A DNA stretch of 64,000 bases from an uncultured Methylococcaceae bacterium (GTDB taxonomy: Bacteria > Pseudomonadota > Gammaproteobacteria > Methylococcales > Methylomonadaceae), in contig CAIOMN010000187.1 of assembly GCA_903859415.1 (NCBI GenBank), forward strand, positions 2,837-66,836, in the 5' to 3' direction. Both the position numbers and the translations under genes were made by a program. Position 1 is the stretch's first letter. Every line of letters begins with the position of its first letter. Positions 46,762 to 56,868 of the stretch are shown here, one piece after another. Under the pieces are notes generated by a model. That model saw only the letters and a program-made list of their open reading frames with translations, had not been told where the DNA came from and did not search any database.

Positions 46762-47766
46762 ATGTTTAAGATTCGTTCGCTAGTCACTGCGCTGGCGTTA
46801 GTGGGTTCTATTTCGGTAGCATCGGCTTTGGAAGTTTTGCCAACTGTAGCACCTGCTCCAGCTGACAATCCAACCACAGCAGAAAAGGTTGAACTGGGTC
46901 AGCTGTTATATCATGATCCACGCTTGTCATCTACTGGAACAGTTTCTTGTTCATCTTGCCATAACACCATGTTAGGCGGTGAAGATAACAGACCCAATTC
47001 AATGGGTGTTAATGGTCAAACAGGTGGCCGTAGTGCACCCACTGTATGGAATGCAGCTTTTAATGCGGTACAGTTTTGGGATGGTAGAGCGCCTAGTTTA
47101 GAAGCACAAGCAGCAGGCCCTGTAACCAACCCAATTGAAATGGGTATGAAAAGTTGGGATGATGTTGTCGCGCGTTTAAATACTATTGAAGGCTATCAAG
47201 TCGCTTTCGAAAAGGCTTTTGGTAAGGATTCAATCTCTAAGGATAATGCAACTAAGGCGATTGCTGCTTACGAAAGAACCTTAATTACGCCTAACAGTCC
47301 ATTCGATAAATATGTATCTGGCGATAAATCAGCGTTAACTGAGCAACAAGTTCGTGGCTTGAATAAAGCGCAAGAACTGGGTTGTACGGGTTGCCATAGT
47401 GGTCCAGCATTTAATGGCCCTGGTCTATTTTTGCCATTCCCAATTCATAGTAATCCTGTTTACGCAGCTAAATATCATTTCAAAGATGATAAGGGTTTAG
47501 CTGAAGTAACTAAAAAAGCAGAAGATGAACATCGTTGGAAAGTACCTACTTTGCGTAATATTGCATTAACTGCGCCGTACTTCCACAACGGCTCTGTCAA
47601 AACGCTGGATGAAGCGGTAGTCGTTATGGCTAAAACTCAATTAGATAAAGATTTATCTAAAGAAGAAATTGCTGATATCGTAGCATTTCTAAACAGTTTA
47701 ACAGGTGAGTTCCCTAAACAAAAAATGCCTGTTTTACCTGCGACACCTGGCTCAACGTTCAATTAA
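46762..47766 (+). CDS. Di-haem cytochrome c peroxidase (CCP/MauG family)
   Basis: The ORF track starts at TTG 46750. The ATG at 46762 follows GGAGG. Signal peptide, two CxxCH motifs (CSSCH, CTGCH), and FHNGSV. Confidence 0.85.
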   Translation: MFKIRSLVTALALVGSISVASALEVLPTVAPAPADNPTTAEKVELGQLLYHDPRLSSTGTVSCSSCHNTMLGGEDNRPNSMGVNGQTGGRSAPTVWNAAFNAVQFWDGRAPSLEAQAAGPVTNPIEMGMKSWDDVVARLNTIEGYQVAFEKAFGKDSISKDNATKAIAAYERTLITPNSPFDKYVSGDKSALTEQQVRGLNKAQELGCTGCHSGPAFNGPGLFLPFPIHSNPVYAAKYHFKDDKGLAEVTKKAEDEHRWKVPTLRNIALTAPYFHNGSVKTLDEAVVVMAKTQLDKDLSKEEIADIVAFLNSLTGEFPKQKMPVLPATPGSTFN

Positions 47767-47778
47767 TTCACATGTTGT

Positions 47779-47812
47779 AGAGACGCGCAAGTCGCGTCTC
47801 TATCTTTCTGCT
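47779..47812 (+). terminator. Intrinsic terminator after the cytochrome c peroxidase gene
   Basis: 9-bp stem AGAGACGCG (47779-47787) / CGCGTCTCT (47793-47801) with a 5-nt loop, followed by ATCTTTCTGCTGTTT. Confidence 0.65.
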
Positions 47813-48192
47813 GTTTCAACAATTTCCTACAAGTGTATCCGACTTTGATTAGAATGTTTCTCTCTAGTTATGTCAGTCAAAATTTATGAATATTAACCCG
47901 ACTTACGTCACTGTTTTATTTTAAACAGATCTGTTTGATCGCTGTTGATATGTAAACAGTTTAAGGGCGCTCATCTAATTAAGAGATTTTCCTTTAGGCT
48001 GTTATATTATTTTATAAATATTTTAGAAACTTAATAAACAATACCTTGCGAGATGTTACGCTTGTCTTTAGCATTTAATAACTATTCAGTTATCAAGATG
48101 GCTTAGTATTTGCATTTCTTTATCTAACTTGACGCATCACTTTAATTGAGCGTCCTACACTTAAAATTTAGAAAATTAGGTATTGATTATTC

Positions 48193-49620
48193 ATGGCTAC
48201 AAGAATTCACAAACTAGCTCTGTTATCGGTTGCTATAACAGCACTATCAACCCATATCAGCCTTGCCGTTCCCAGTATTTTTCCAACGGGCGTAACCCGT
48301 TATGATCCTGCCAAGGCTTATAATAGTTATGTATTATTTTCTGGTAGTGATAAAAAAACGCATTTGATTGATCTTAATGGCAATGAGGTTCATCAATGGC
48401 CTAATCAAGGTTTTCCCTCTTTTTATATAGACCCACAATTAGCCAATGGAGCCCAAGGACATGTATTGCTTCAGCTTTCAGAGGGTGGCTTAGGCTCTAG
48501 TAATAATAGTGAAGCTCAATCAATAGGTGAAGTCGATTGGGATGGCAAGGTCGTCTGGCAGTGGGGTGGTGCAAAAGCTCAGGATGCTTATGGTGCCTAT
48601 GGCGCTCCAGTAGCGAGTAATGATGCCAACGGTTATGGTACTAGTGTTAAGCAACATCATGATTGGCGACGATTGCCAAATGGTAATACCGTTATCCTGA
48701 TTAACTATGTAAAGCCAGTCAAAGGTTTTTTAGCTGAAAAGTTACTTGATGATGGTATTTATGAAATTAATCCCAAAGGCGAAGTCGTCTGGAAGTGGTT
48801 AGCTTACGATCATTTGAATGAGTTTGGTTTTAGCAAAACATCACTGAAATTATTACACCAAACCTTAGGTCGTAGTAAGGATAAAACGAAACCTTTCGAT
48901 TACTTACACTTTAATAATATGTCAGTTGTTGGACCCAATAAATGGTTTGATGCAGGTGATCAGCGCTTCAATCCTGATAACCTATTGATTGACTCACGTG
49001 AAGCCAACTTTATTGCTATCATCGATAAGAAAACCGGCAAAATAGTTTGGAGTCTTGGCCCCGATTATGAGCCAGTAAATATTGATGGCAAAGTTCCTCG
49101 GCATGTTGATCAAATCAGTGGTCAACATGACGCCCATATTATTCCTAAAGGCTTGCCAGGGGAAGGTAACTTACTGGTATTTGATAATCAGGGCGAAGCG
49201 GGCTATCCCTTTGCCGTGTTAGGTGTGGGTGGACAATTAGGTTCGCGTGTCTTAGAAATTGATCCGACTAAAAATGAAATTGTCTGGCAATATACAGGCT
49301 CAAGTTCTGGTCGGCCAAACTATACTTTCTATAGCTCATACATCAGTAGTGCCCGTCGTTTACCCAATGGCAACACCTTAATTGATGAAGGGATGAATGG
49401 ACGGTTTTTACAAGTTACCAATACAGGTGAAATTGTCTGGGAATATATTAGTCCTTATTTTTCTCAGCCTCGTGTGGATGATCCTCAGCAAGTGATTAGT
49501 AATAGTGTTTACCGGGCTCAACCGGTTCCTTATGAATGGGCGCCAGCAGGGACGCCACACTCAGAAAATCCAGTTAAAGCACCCGACTATAGCCAATTTC
49601 ATGTGGCTGCTGAAAAGTAA
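48193..49620 (+). CDS. Arylsulfotransferase (ASST)-like beta-propeller protein, secreted
   Basis: 475 aa. Signal peptide, then DYLHFNNMSV...LLIDSREANFIAIIDKKTGKIVWSLGP, typical of the Arylsulfotran family. Confidence 0.6.
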   Translation: MATRIHKLALLSVAITALSTHISLAVPSIFPTGVTRYDPAKAYNSYVLFSGSDKKTHLIDLNGNEVHQWPNQGFPSFYIDPQLANGAQGHVLLQLSEGGLGSSNNSEAQSIGEVDWDGKVVWQWGGAKAQDAYGAYGAPVASNDANGYGTSVKQHHDWRRLPNGNTVILINYVKPVKGFLAEKLLDDGIYEINPKGEVVWKWLAYDHLNEFGFSKTSLKLLHQTLGRSKDKTKPFDYLHFNNMSVVGPNKWFDAGDQRFNPDNLLIDSREANFIAIIDKKTGKIVWSLGPDYEPVNIDGKVPRHVDQISGQHDAHIIPKGLPGEGNLLVFDNQGEAGYPFAVLGVGGQLGSRVLEIDPTKNEIVWQYTGSSSGRPNYTFYSSYISSARRLPNGNTLIDEGMNGRFLQVTNTGEIVWEYISPYFSQPRVDDPQQVISNSVYRAQPVPYEWAPAGTPHSENPVKAPDYSQFHVAAEK

Positions 49621-49650
49621 GCAAGAACGGTACTATTTTAAACCTAAGCT

Positions 49651-51072
49651 TTGGAAGACATTTTGAGTACAGTTAATAAAAATCGCCGCCGTTTATTGGG
49701 TGGTGTATCTGCTTTATCATTAGGTGCTTTGACAGGTGCCTGGAATTTTGCTTCTGCGGCAGAAAAAAAAGCCAAGCCCAATATTATCTTTATTCTTGCT
49801 GATGATTTAGGTTATGGCGATTTAAGTATCTACGGCCAAACGGATTTTCAAACACCCAATTTGGATAAACTCGCACAACAAGGTTTACGTTTTACACAAG
49901 CCTATGCAAATTCTGCGGTGTGTTCTGCAACCCGTTTTGGTTTGATAACAGGCCGCTATCAATACCGTTTACGAGGTGGTCTTGAAGAACCCATAGCAGG
50001 GGCGTCTGATACCATAGGCTTGCCACCTGAACACCCGACTTTACCTTCGTTATTAAAGAAAAAGGGTTATAGCACAGCTTTATTTGGTAAATGGCATTTG
50101 GGTTTTTTACCCAAGTTCAGTCCTCTAAAGAGTGGTTATGATCAGTTCTTTGGGAATTATGGCGGGGCTATTGACTATTTTACTCATAAGTCAGGTGTAG
50201 GCGAAAATGCCAAAGAGGATTTGTATGAGGATGAAGTCCCCGTTCACAAAGTGGGTTATTACACGGATTTAATTGCTGACCGCGCGGCTGATTATATTGC
50301 TAAGCAAACTGCCGCGAAGCCATTTTTTCTGTCCTTACATTTCACTGCACCTCACTGGCCTTGGGAAGGTCCAAAAGACGAGGCTGTCTCACAGGAAATC
50401 AGTAGTCTTTTTCACTATGACGGCGGCAATTTAGCGACCTATGCCAAGATGGTAACCAGCTTGGATGCAGCTATAGGTCGAGTTCTTAAAAGTTTAAAAG
50501 ATCGTAATCTGGATAAAAACACGATTGTGGTGTTTACCAGTGACAATGGCGGAGAACGTTTTTCTAAAACATGGCCTTTCACCGGTCAAAAAACTGAGCT
50601 CTTGGAAGGCGGGATTCGTGTGCCTGCAATCGTAAGTTGGCCAGCAAAAATAAAACCTGCCGTGACTCAGCAAGTTGCGATTAGTATGGATTGGTTACCT
50701 ACTTTATTGGCCGCAGCCGACACCACACCGGATGAAGCCTTTCCTCCAGATGGTGATAATTTGTTACCTGTTTTGTTGGGCACCGCCAAGCCACATCCCC
50801 GGACATTGTTTTGGCGTTATAAAGCCAATCTTCAACGCGCGGTTCGTTCGGGTGATTGGAAGTATCTAAAAATTGCCGACAATGAGTTTCTATTTGATGT
50901 GGTTGCTGATCAACATGAACGGGCCAACCTGTCACAAAAAAATCCCGAGGTCTTTGCACAGCTTAAAAAGCAATGGGAAGAATGGGATTCAAAAATGTTA
51001 CCGATCACTGATGATGTTCGTACGCATGCGGTTGAAGGAAAAGTCCAAGCAGACCGCTATGGGTCAAAATAA
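49651..51072 (+). CDS. Sulfatase (formylglycine-dependent), Tat-exported
   Basis: 473 aa. Twin-arginine signal NRRRLLGG, ILADDLGYGDL, and the C-x-A-x-R motif in SAVCSATRFGLITGRY. The TTG start from the ORF track is uncertain. Confidence 0.85.
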   Translation: MEDILSTVNKNRRRLLGGVSALSLGALTGAWNFASAAEKKAKPNIIFILADDLGYGDLSIYGQTDFQTPNLDKLAQQGLRFTQAYANSAVCSATRFGLITGRYQYRLRGGLEEPIAGASDTIGLPPEHPTLPSLLKKKGYSTALFGKWHLGFLPKFSPLKSGYDQFFGNYGGAIDYFTHKSGVGENAKEDLYEDEVPVHKVGYYTDLIADRAADYIAKQTAAKPFFLSLHFTAPHWPWEGPKDEAVSQEISSLFHYDGGNLATYAKMVTSLDAAIGRVLKSLKDRNLDKNTIVVFTSDNGGERFSKTWPFTGQKTELLEGGIRVPAIVSWPAKIKPAVTQQVAISMDWLPTLLAAADTTPDEAFPPDGDNLLPVLLGTAKPHPRTLFWRYKANLQRAVRSGDWKYLKIADNEFLFDVVADQHERANLSQKNPEVFAQLKKQWEEWDSKMLPITDDVRTHAVEGKVQADRYGSK

Positions 51073-51248
51073 CGTCCTTTCTAAACGTTAATACCGTATG
51101 GATGTGGGCAATCTCATTCATATGGTGTTCGTTTTTTTTCAAGTTATTTAATTTCTGTTCCTGACTATGTTAAATTGGGTGGTAATTATTGGCTACTAAA
51201 TGACAGCCCCTAAATAACGAATATCTTATTCTGCAATAAAAATCCTGT

Positions 51249-51884
51249 ATGTCGAACACAACTGTTTCAGGAATGACCTGCGCCCGTATTCCAACTGAAT
51301 ACGGCGATTTTCAACTTTGTTACTACACTAATACCCTGGATAAAAAGGAACATTTGGCATTTTATAGGGGTGCCGTTCATTATGCTGAGGATGTTTTAGT
51401 ACGTATACACTCCGAATGCTTTACCGGTGATGTTTTGGGCTCCAAACGTTGCGATTGTGGTGAACAACTCACGCTTTCTTTGAAATTGATTGCAGAGCAT
51501 GGCGTGGGTGTATTAATTTATTTGCGTCAGGAAGGTCGGGGCATTGGCTTATTACAAAAACTGCGGGCTTATAATTTACAAGACCAGGGTCATGACACAG
51601 TGGATGCTAATCTGTTATTGGGACATGGCGCAGATGAAAGGAGTTACTACATAGCTGCACGTATCCTGGAAGATTTAGGCGTCAAATCAGTAACGTTGAT
51701 GACTAATAATCCTTTAAAGATTAGTGCACTGGAAGCCGAGGGGATTAAAGTTAATGCGCGTCTACCGGTAGAAGGCACTATCAATTCAGAAAACAAAGGC
51801 TATCTGTTTACCAAAGCGCACCGTATGGATCATCTCTTACCGCTGACAGCACCTGCATTCCCTAATGAATTACAGAGAACCTGA
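51249..51884 (+). CDS. ribA: GTP cyclohydrolase II
   Basis: 211 aa. RIHSECFTGDVLGSKRCDCGEQL and YLRQEGRGIGL motifs. Confidence 0.85.
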   Translation: MSNTTVSGMTCARIPTEYGDFQLCYYTNTLDKKEHLAFYRGAVHYAEDVLVRIHSECFTGDVLGSKRCDCGEQLTLSLKLIAEHGVGVLIYLRQEGRGIGLLQKLRAYNLQDQGHDTVDANLLLGHGADERSYYIAARILEDLGVKSVTLMTNNPLKISALEAEGIKVNARLPVEGTINSENKGYLFTKAHRMDHLLPLTAPAFPNELQRT

Positions 51885-52612
51885 TGACTATTAACCAGAA
51901 AATTGAACACTGGTTAATATCCCATAAACGTAATTTAACTCAGGCAAAACGACCTTTTGTGACCTTGAGTTATGCGCAAAGTTGGGATGGGAGTATCACC
52001 ACTCGCAGCGGTGAATCGTTGGCTTTAAGTGGTGCTGAAGCCACGCGTTTAACGCATCAACTCCGTAGTCTTCACGATGGGATTCTGGTGGGGATTGGTA
52101 CCGTGTTAACCGATGATCCCCAATTGACAGTGCGGGAGTGGTCAGGCCCTAATCCGCAACCGATTGTCCTGGATAGCCAGTTGCGAATGCCTGTGAATGC
52201 GCGTCTTTGTCAGCATGCGGATAAGAACTGCTGGGTTTTAACCCGAATAAAAGATGCTAACGACTACAGTGATCAGGTTGAGATTATTACGCTGGGTAGT
52301 GATATTGATGGTAGGGTCAATTTACTGGATGCGCTGTCTTTGCTTTGGGAGAAAGGCATCAGGATGTTAATGGTAGAAGGCGGCAGCGATGTGATTACCG
52401 CCTTTTTAAAAGCTCAATTAGCCGATGCTTTGGTATTGACGGTAGCGCCCACTTTGGTGGGTGGCTACAAAGGGGTGGGTAACTTAGGCATTTGCCATAA
52501 ACACTTGTTACCGCAAATTCGTCCACTGTCTGCCGAGATGTTAGGGGACGATCTAATTATGTGGGGTGACTTGCAATATCAGCCCTCGAGTCTGGAACAG
52601 TCAGGCTTATGA
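51884..52612 (+). CDS. RibD C-terminal-domain reductase (DHFR-like fold); no deaminase domain
   Basis: 242 aa. PFVTLSYAQSWDGSI and MVEGGSDVITAFL motifs of pyrimidine reductases. 1-nt overlap with ribA (TGATG). Confidence 0.75.
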   Translation: MTINQKIEHWLISHKRNLTQAKRPFVTLSYAQSWDGSITTRSGESLALSGAEATRLTHQLRSLHDGILVGIGTVLTDDPQLTVREWSGPNPQPIVLDSQLRMPVNARLCQHADKNCWVLTRIKDANDYSDQVEIITLGSDIDGRVNLLDALSLLWEKGIRMLMVEGGSDVITAFLKAQLADALVLTVAPTLVGGYKGVGNLGICHKHLLPQIRPLSAEMLGDDLIMWGDLQYQPSSLEQSGL

Positions 52613-53649
52613 GTGTTCGTGAATTGTGGTTTACACAGCCGTATCATGTTGAAGTTCGAGAGAGATCATTACCGCCATTAGCGTCTGGACACATCAGGGT
52701 TAAAAATGAATGTTCAGCGATCAGTGCCGGGACAGAAATGCTGGTTTACCGAGGACAATTGCCCAGTGATATTAGTTTGGATGCTACCTTGGAATCTCTG
52801 CAGCACGACCAAACCTATCCGCTGCAATATGGTTATGCCTGTGTGGGGCGAGTGGAACAGATAGGTGCAGAGGTAGATTCATCCTGGTTAGGAAAACGGG
52901 TCTTTTCCTTTCAACCGCATGCGAGTCATTTTACGGCAACACCAGAGCAAGTGATTCTGTTACCGGATGATATTGAGCCAGAAGCGGCTGTGTTTCTGGC
53001 TAATATGGAAACAGCCGTTAATTTGGTTTTAGATGGCAGTCCTGCGCTAGGCGAGCGGGTGCTTATTCTAGGGCAGGGTGTGGTCGGTTTACTGGTGTCG
53101 AGTCTATTAGCGCAGTTTCCATTGACTCAATTAGTCGCCTTAGAAAGCTTATCACTTCGGAAAGATCAAGCACTAAAATTCGGTGTTCAGCACGTTTACG
53201 ATCCTCATTCAGCAACAGACCTTGCCAGCTTAGAACAGCTATTACACTTACCCGTACAATTATCTGACACGGCCAAGTCAGGTGCAGATTTGATTTATGA
53301 AGTCAGTGGTGTTGCCAGTGCTTTAAATTTAGCCATTAATCTCAGTAGTTATGCTGGGCGTATCGTGATTGGCAGTTGGTATGGTAATAAAGCCGCTAAT
53401 CTACACTTAGGTGGTGTTGCCCATAGAAACCGGCTTAAGTTTATTAGCAGTCAAGTAAGTACGATTGCGCCCGAATGGAGTGGGCGGTGGGATAAGTCCC
53501 GGCGATTTGATGTGGCCTGGGACATGATTAGACGCGTCCAGCCCCAGCAAATGATTAGTCATCGGGTGCCTTTAGAGCAGGCACCCTTTCTGTATTCGTT
53601 ATTAGATCAAGCGCCTGAAGAAATCTTACAGTCCGTGTTGACCTACTAA
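52609..53649 (+). CDS. Medium-chain dehydrogenase/reductase (zinc-ADH-like) family protein
   Basis: 346 aa. GroES-like N-terminus and the Rossmann motif ILGQGVVGLL. ATGA overlap with the upstream gene. Confidence 0.7.
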   Translation: MSVRELWFTQPYHVEVRERSLPPLASGHIRVKNECSAISAGTEMLVYRGQLPSDISLDATLESLQHDQTYPLQYGYACVGRVEQIGAEVDSSWLGKRVFSFQPHASHFTATPEQVILLPDDIEPEAAVFLANMETAVNLVLDGSPALGERVLILGQGVVGLLVSSLLAQFPLTQLVALESLSLRKDQALKFGVQHVYDPHSATDLASLEQLLHLPVQLSDTAKSGADLIYEVSGVASALNLAINLSSYAGRIVIGSWYGNKAANLHLGGVAHRNRLKFISSQVSTIAPEWSGRWDKSRRFDVAWDMIRRVQPQQMISHRVPLEQAPFLYSLLDQAPEEILQSVLTY

Positions 53650-53684
53650 CCCGTTTATCTTTAATCTCTTTATCAGGAAATAGA

Positions 53685-54062
53685 ATGTATACCGTAGCCG
53701 TTACCCGTGATTTTATTGCTAACCACTATTTGATTGGAGGCGACTGGGGCAGTGAAAACCAGCCTCATGCCCATCATTATGTTGCAGAAGTCAGTATTGA
53801 GGGTACACAACTTGACCAACATGGCTATTTAGTTGACATTGTGGCGATAGAAGCAAACTTGGATGCTATCGTTAGCCGCTTTCGTGATGTTTTATTAAAT
53901 GATCTAGCCGAGTTTGCAGGGCTTAATCCCAGTATTGAACATTTTAGTCGTATTATCACAGAGCAATTACTGGCAGCGATTAATCCCCCTGGATCAGGCG
54001 CACTCAGAGTGAAGTTATGGGAAAATGCCACTTGCTGGGCTGCGTTTCGCCAAGAGTTTTAA
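53685..54062 (+). CDS. 6-pyruvoyl-tetrahydropterin synthase / QueD (COG0720) family protein lacking the usual catalytic Cys
   Basis: 125 aa. Zinc-ligand histidines present (ANHYL; PHAHHY), but no Cys at the position preceding the H-x-H motif. Confidence 0.7.
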   Translation: MYTVAVTRDFIANHYLIGGDWGSENQPHAHHYVAEVSIEGTQLDQHGYLVDIVAIEANLDAIVSRFRDVLLNDLAEFAGLNPSIEHFSRIITEQLLAAINPPGSGALRVKLWENATCWAAFRQEF

Positions 54063-54196
54063 TTAAAGCATGAGTTATCTTCCAGTCATACGGGTAATAA
54101 TTTCCTAACTCAACATTCAGTGAGTGCCGACTAATTGCTGCTTGACTTTTATCCTGATCGGTTAAACTTAATGCTGACTTACTTAAAGGTGTGATC

Positions 54197-54739
54197 ATGA
54201 AAATTCTAATTTTATTGGCGGGCTTTTTTTTATATTCAGCTTCTGCAGCTGGGGCAGAGACTTGTTCTGACTTACTGAATTATAAAGCGAGCAAATTAAG
54301 ATCCAGCGAAGAGCTTGATTTTTGCCAGGCATTCCAAGGCAAGGTGGTTCTTGCAGTCAATACTGCCAGCAATTGCGGCTATACCCCACAATTTAAAGGC
54401 CTGGAGGCGCTGTATCAAAAATATAAAGCCCAGGGCCTGGTGGTTGTTGGTTTCCCCTCCAATGATTTCAATCAAGAGTTTGATGCGGCAGAAAAAACGG
54501 CCAAAGTGTGTTTTATTAACTACGGGGTGACTTTCCCTGTGTTGGAAAAAAGTGCTGTTAAAGGCTCTTCAGCCAATGTATTTTTTCAAAAACTGATTAA
54601 GGCCACCGGCCAAGCGCCAGAATGGAATTTTTACAAATATCTGATTGCTCGGGATGGTTCATCTGTTGAGGCTTTTTCGAGTGATGTCACTCCAGAACAA
54701 CTGGATTCAAAAATAAGCGCACTATTAAGCCCCCAATAA
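54197..54739 (+). CDS. Glutathione peroxidase family protein, secreted
   Basis: The ORF track starts at GTG 54191; ATG 54197 is preferred. Signal peptide, NTASNCGYT active-site Cys, and GFPSNDFNQE. Confidence 0.85.
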   Translation: MKILILLAGFFLYSASAAGAETCSDLLNYKASKLRSSEELDFCQAFQGKVVLAVNTASNCGYTPQFKGLEALYQKYKAQGLVVVGFPSNDFNQEFDAAEKTAKVCFINYGVTFPVLEKSAVKGSSANVFFQKLIKATGQAPEWNFYKYLIARDGSSVEAFSSDVTPEQLDSKISALLSPQ

Positions 54740-54794
54740 TTTAAAACCACAGTTTATTGCCGACTTTTGGATAGCTGTTAGTGCATGGTCTATT

Positions 54795-55877
54795 ATGCAT
54801 ATAGGACTATTAATTTATGGCAAGATGGAGGCCTTAAGTGGCGGTTATTTATATAACCGGCAACTGGTCTCTTATCTGCGTAGCCAAGGTGAGCAAGTCA
54901 CCATCATTTCTTTACCCTATCGCAGCTACTGGTGGCATTTAGCCGATAACTTTAACCATGTGTGTCTAAAGCAACTAACGGATGCAAAGGTGGATGTTTT
55001 AATTCAGGATGCGATGGTGCATCCGTCACTATTTATACTGAACCGTCGTTTTAGCCAACAAAGCAATATACCGTTGATTTCCTTGGTACACTTGTTGACC
55101 ACGTATGATCACCACTCTCGATGGACTGCCTGGTTTTACCGTGTAATAGAACGTCGGTATCTGCAGACTGTGTCTGGTTTGATAGTCAATAGTCAGACGA
55201 CTTTAAGGCAAGTGACTGAGTTACTGGCTAAGCCAATAGCAGCCTATTGTTTGGCAGTACCCGCAGGGAATAATTTTAAAGACCTTAAGCCGGATATTGA
55301 TTTTATCAGGCAACGGAGTCAGATGGTTGAGCCCTTAAAAATACTAGTGGTCGGTAATGTGATTCGTCGTAAGGGCTTGCATGTATTGATTAACGCTTTG
55401 CGCTTGTTGCCACCTGAAGATTATCAAGTGACAGTCGCGGGACGATTGGATATGGAACCCGCTTATGTACAGCAATTAAAGAAAATAATTCAGGGTACGC
55501 AGATAGAGGCATCGGTTATATTTAAAGGCCCAATACAGGGGCAGGCTCTCGCTGATTTATATCAGGCCCATCAAGTGATGGTGCTGCCTTCGGCGTATGA
55601 GAGTTATGGCATTGTGTATGTGGAAGCGCAGCAATTTGGTGTGCCGGTGATCGGGACCACCGAGGGAGCTGCCAAAGAAATTATCAGGCATGGTGAGAAT
55701 GGCTATCTGATTCATCCTGAAGATCATCAGGCTTTAGCCACTGTCCTGCGAACAATGTATGAGGATCGTCAGTTATTATTGGAGTTAAGTCTAAATGCCT
55801 GGGTAGCCTATGAGCAGCATCCAAAATGGCAGGATAGTTGCGAAATTATTCGCCAGTTTTTATATACACAAATCTAG
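54795..55877 (+). CDS. Glycosyltransferase family 4 (GT-B)
   Basis: 360 aa. C-terminal LPSAYESYGIVYVEAQQFGVPVIGT...GENGYL is the typical GT4 E-x7-E region. Confidence 0.8.
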   Translation: MHIGLLIYGKMEALSGGYLYNRQLVSYLRSQGEQVTIISLPYRSYWWHLADNFNHVCLKQLTDAKVDVLIQDAMVHPSLFILNRRFSQQSNIPLISLVHLLTTYDHHSRWTAWFYRVIERRYLQTVSGLIVNSQTTLRQVTELLAKPIAAYCLAVPAGNNFKDLKPDIDFIRQRSQMVEPLKILVVGNVIRRKGLHVLINALRLLPPEDYQVTVAGRLDMEPAYVQQLKKIIQGTQIEASVIFKGPIQGQALADLYQAHQVMVLPSAYESYGIVYVEAQQFGVPVIGTTEGAAKEIIRHGENGYLIHPEDHQALATVLRTMYEDRQLLLELSLNAWVAYEQHPKWQDSCEIIRQFLYTQI

Positions 55878-55881
55878 GATT

Positions 55882-56868
55882 TTATCTCAAGGCGCGGACA
55901 CAATACAGTCCAATCACTAAAGTGATGGCATCTCTTAAACGCATTAAAGCCATCACACTGATAGCCACTGTCAGGGGTAGACCTAATATTTGAAAGACCC
56001 AAAATAATGAAGCTTCTAACGTGCCAATACCGCCGGGTAGGGGTAATAAAAACGCTAAGCGCATCGCGACCAGAATCAACATGAAACTGTAAAAGGTAAG
56101 CGCTATATCAAAGAAACTGAGTATCAGCCAAAGTTCACTTATTAAGCCAATCCAGCCGATTAATGACCAAACGAAGGCCAGTGCCAGCTCAGCTTTGTGC
56201 TTTGTCATTAATGATTTTAAATCACTGTATAAGCGTTGCCAGTGGGTTTCGATATGCAGTAAGCGTGGGTGATGTTGCCAATAATGGGTTATCCGTTTTA
56301 TCCATGTTAAAACCCGGTCAGGCTGTTTTAGAATCAAGCCACCCAAGAGAGATAAGGCAAGTAAAGTTAATAACAGCCCTAAAAACATAACCGGCCAGTT
56401 TATCGTTGTTGTCGGGCCAGTTATCGAGGTGGTCATCAGTAAGATTAAACTCAGTAACAGCACACCAAAGTTAATCCATAATTCATAGAAGCGATCAATG
56501 CCCACCGCTAATAAAGCACTGTGTATCGGCCAATGATTACGTTTCCATAGCCAATAAATTTGCAAGGGTTCACCGCCAAATTGTGGGCCGGGTGTAATAA
56601 AACTGATAGCTTGCCCCGCCTGTCTAATCATCAGTAATTCGTTAAATTTAACCGATAAGCCTAGTCCTTTAATCAGCGTTAACCAGCGTTGTGTTGCTAA
56701 AGCAATGATCGCCAGATTAATACTGATCCATGCTAGCCATTGCCCAATCGAGAGAGTGCTTAAGCTTTGGGTGATAGTCGTTAATGGTAACTGGTAAAGT
56801 ATCCAGCCAACCAGAATGAGCGCGGCTGACCACAATAAAACAGGGATTGTTTTAAGCCAGGACATCAC
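55882..56868 (-). CDS. UPF0104 / lysylphosphatidylglycerol-synthase-TM-region-like (flippase-like) membrane protein
   Basis: 328 aa with about 8 TM segments. The GTG start overlaps the stop of the upstream CDP-alcohol phosphatidyltransferase gene (GTGA, 56865-56868). Confidence 0.6.
   Translation of the reverse strand: MMSWLKTIPVLLWSAALILVGWILYQLPLTTITQSLSTLSIGQWLAWISINLAIIALATQRWLTLIKGLGLSVKFNELLMIRQAGQAISFITPGPQFGGEPLQIYWLWKRNHWPIHSALLAVGIDRFYELWINFGVLLLSLILLMTTSITGPTTTINWPVMFLGLLLTLLALSLLGGLILKQPDRVLTWIKRITHYWQHHPRLLHIETHWQRLYSDLKSLMTKHKAELALAFVWSLIGWIGLISELWLILSFFDIALTFYSFMLILVAMRLAFLLPLPGGIGTLEASLFWVFQILGLPLTVAISVMALMRLRDAITLVIGLYCVRALR

Noticed and set aside
51073-51248. FMN riboswitch expected upstream of ribA
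   Set aside because: I could find none of the conserved FMN-element sequence blocks or the multi-stem architecture in this leader. It reads as ordinary AT-rich promoter DNA.
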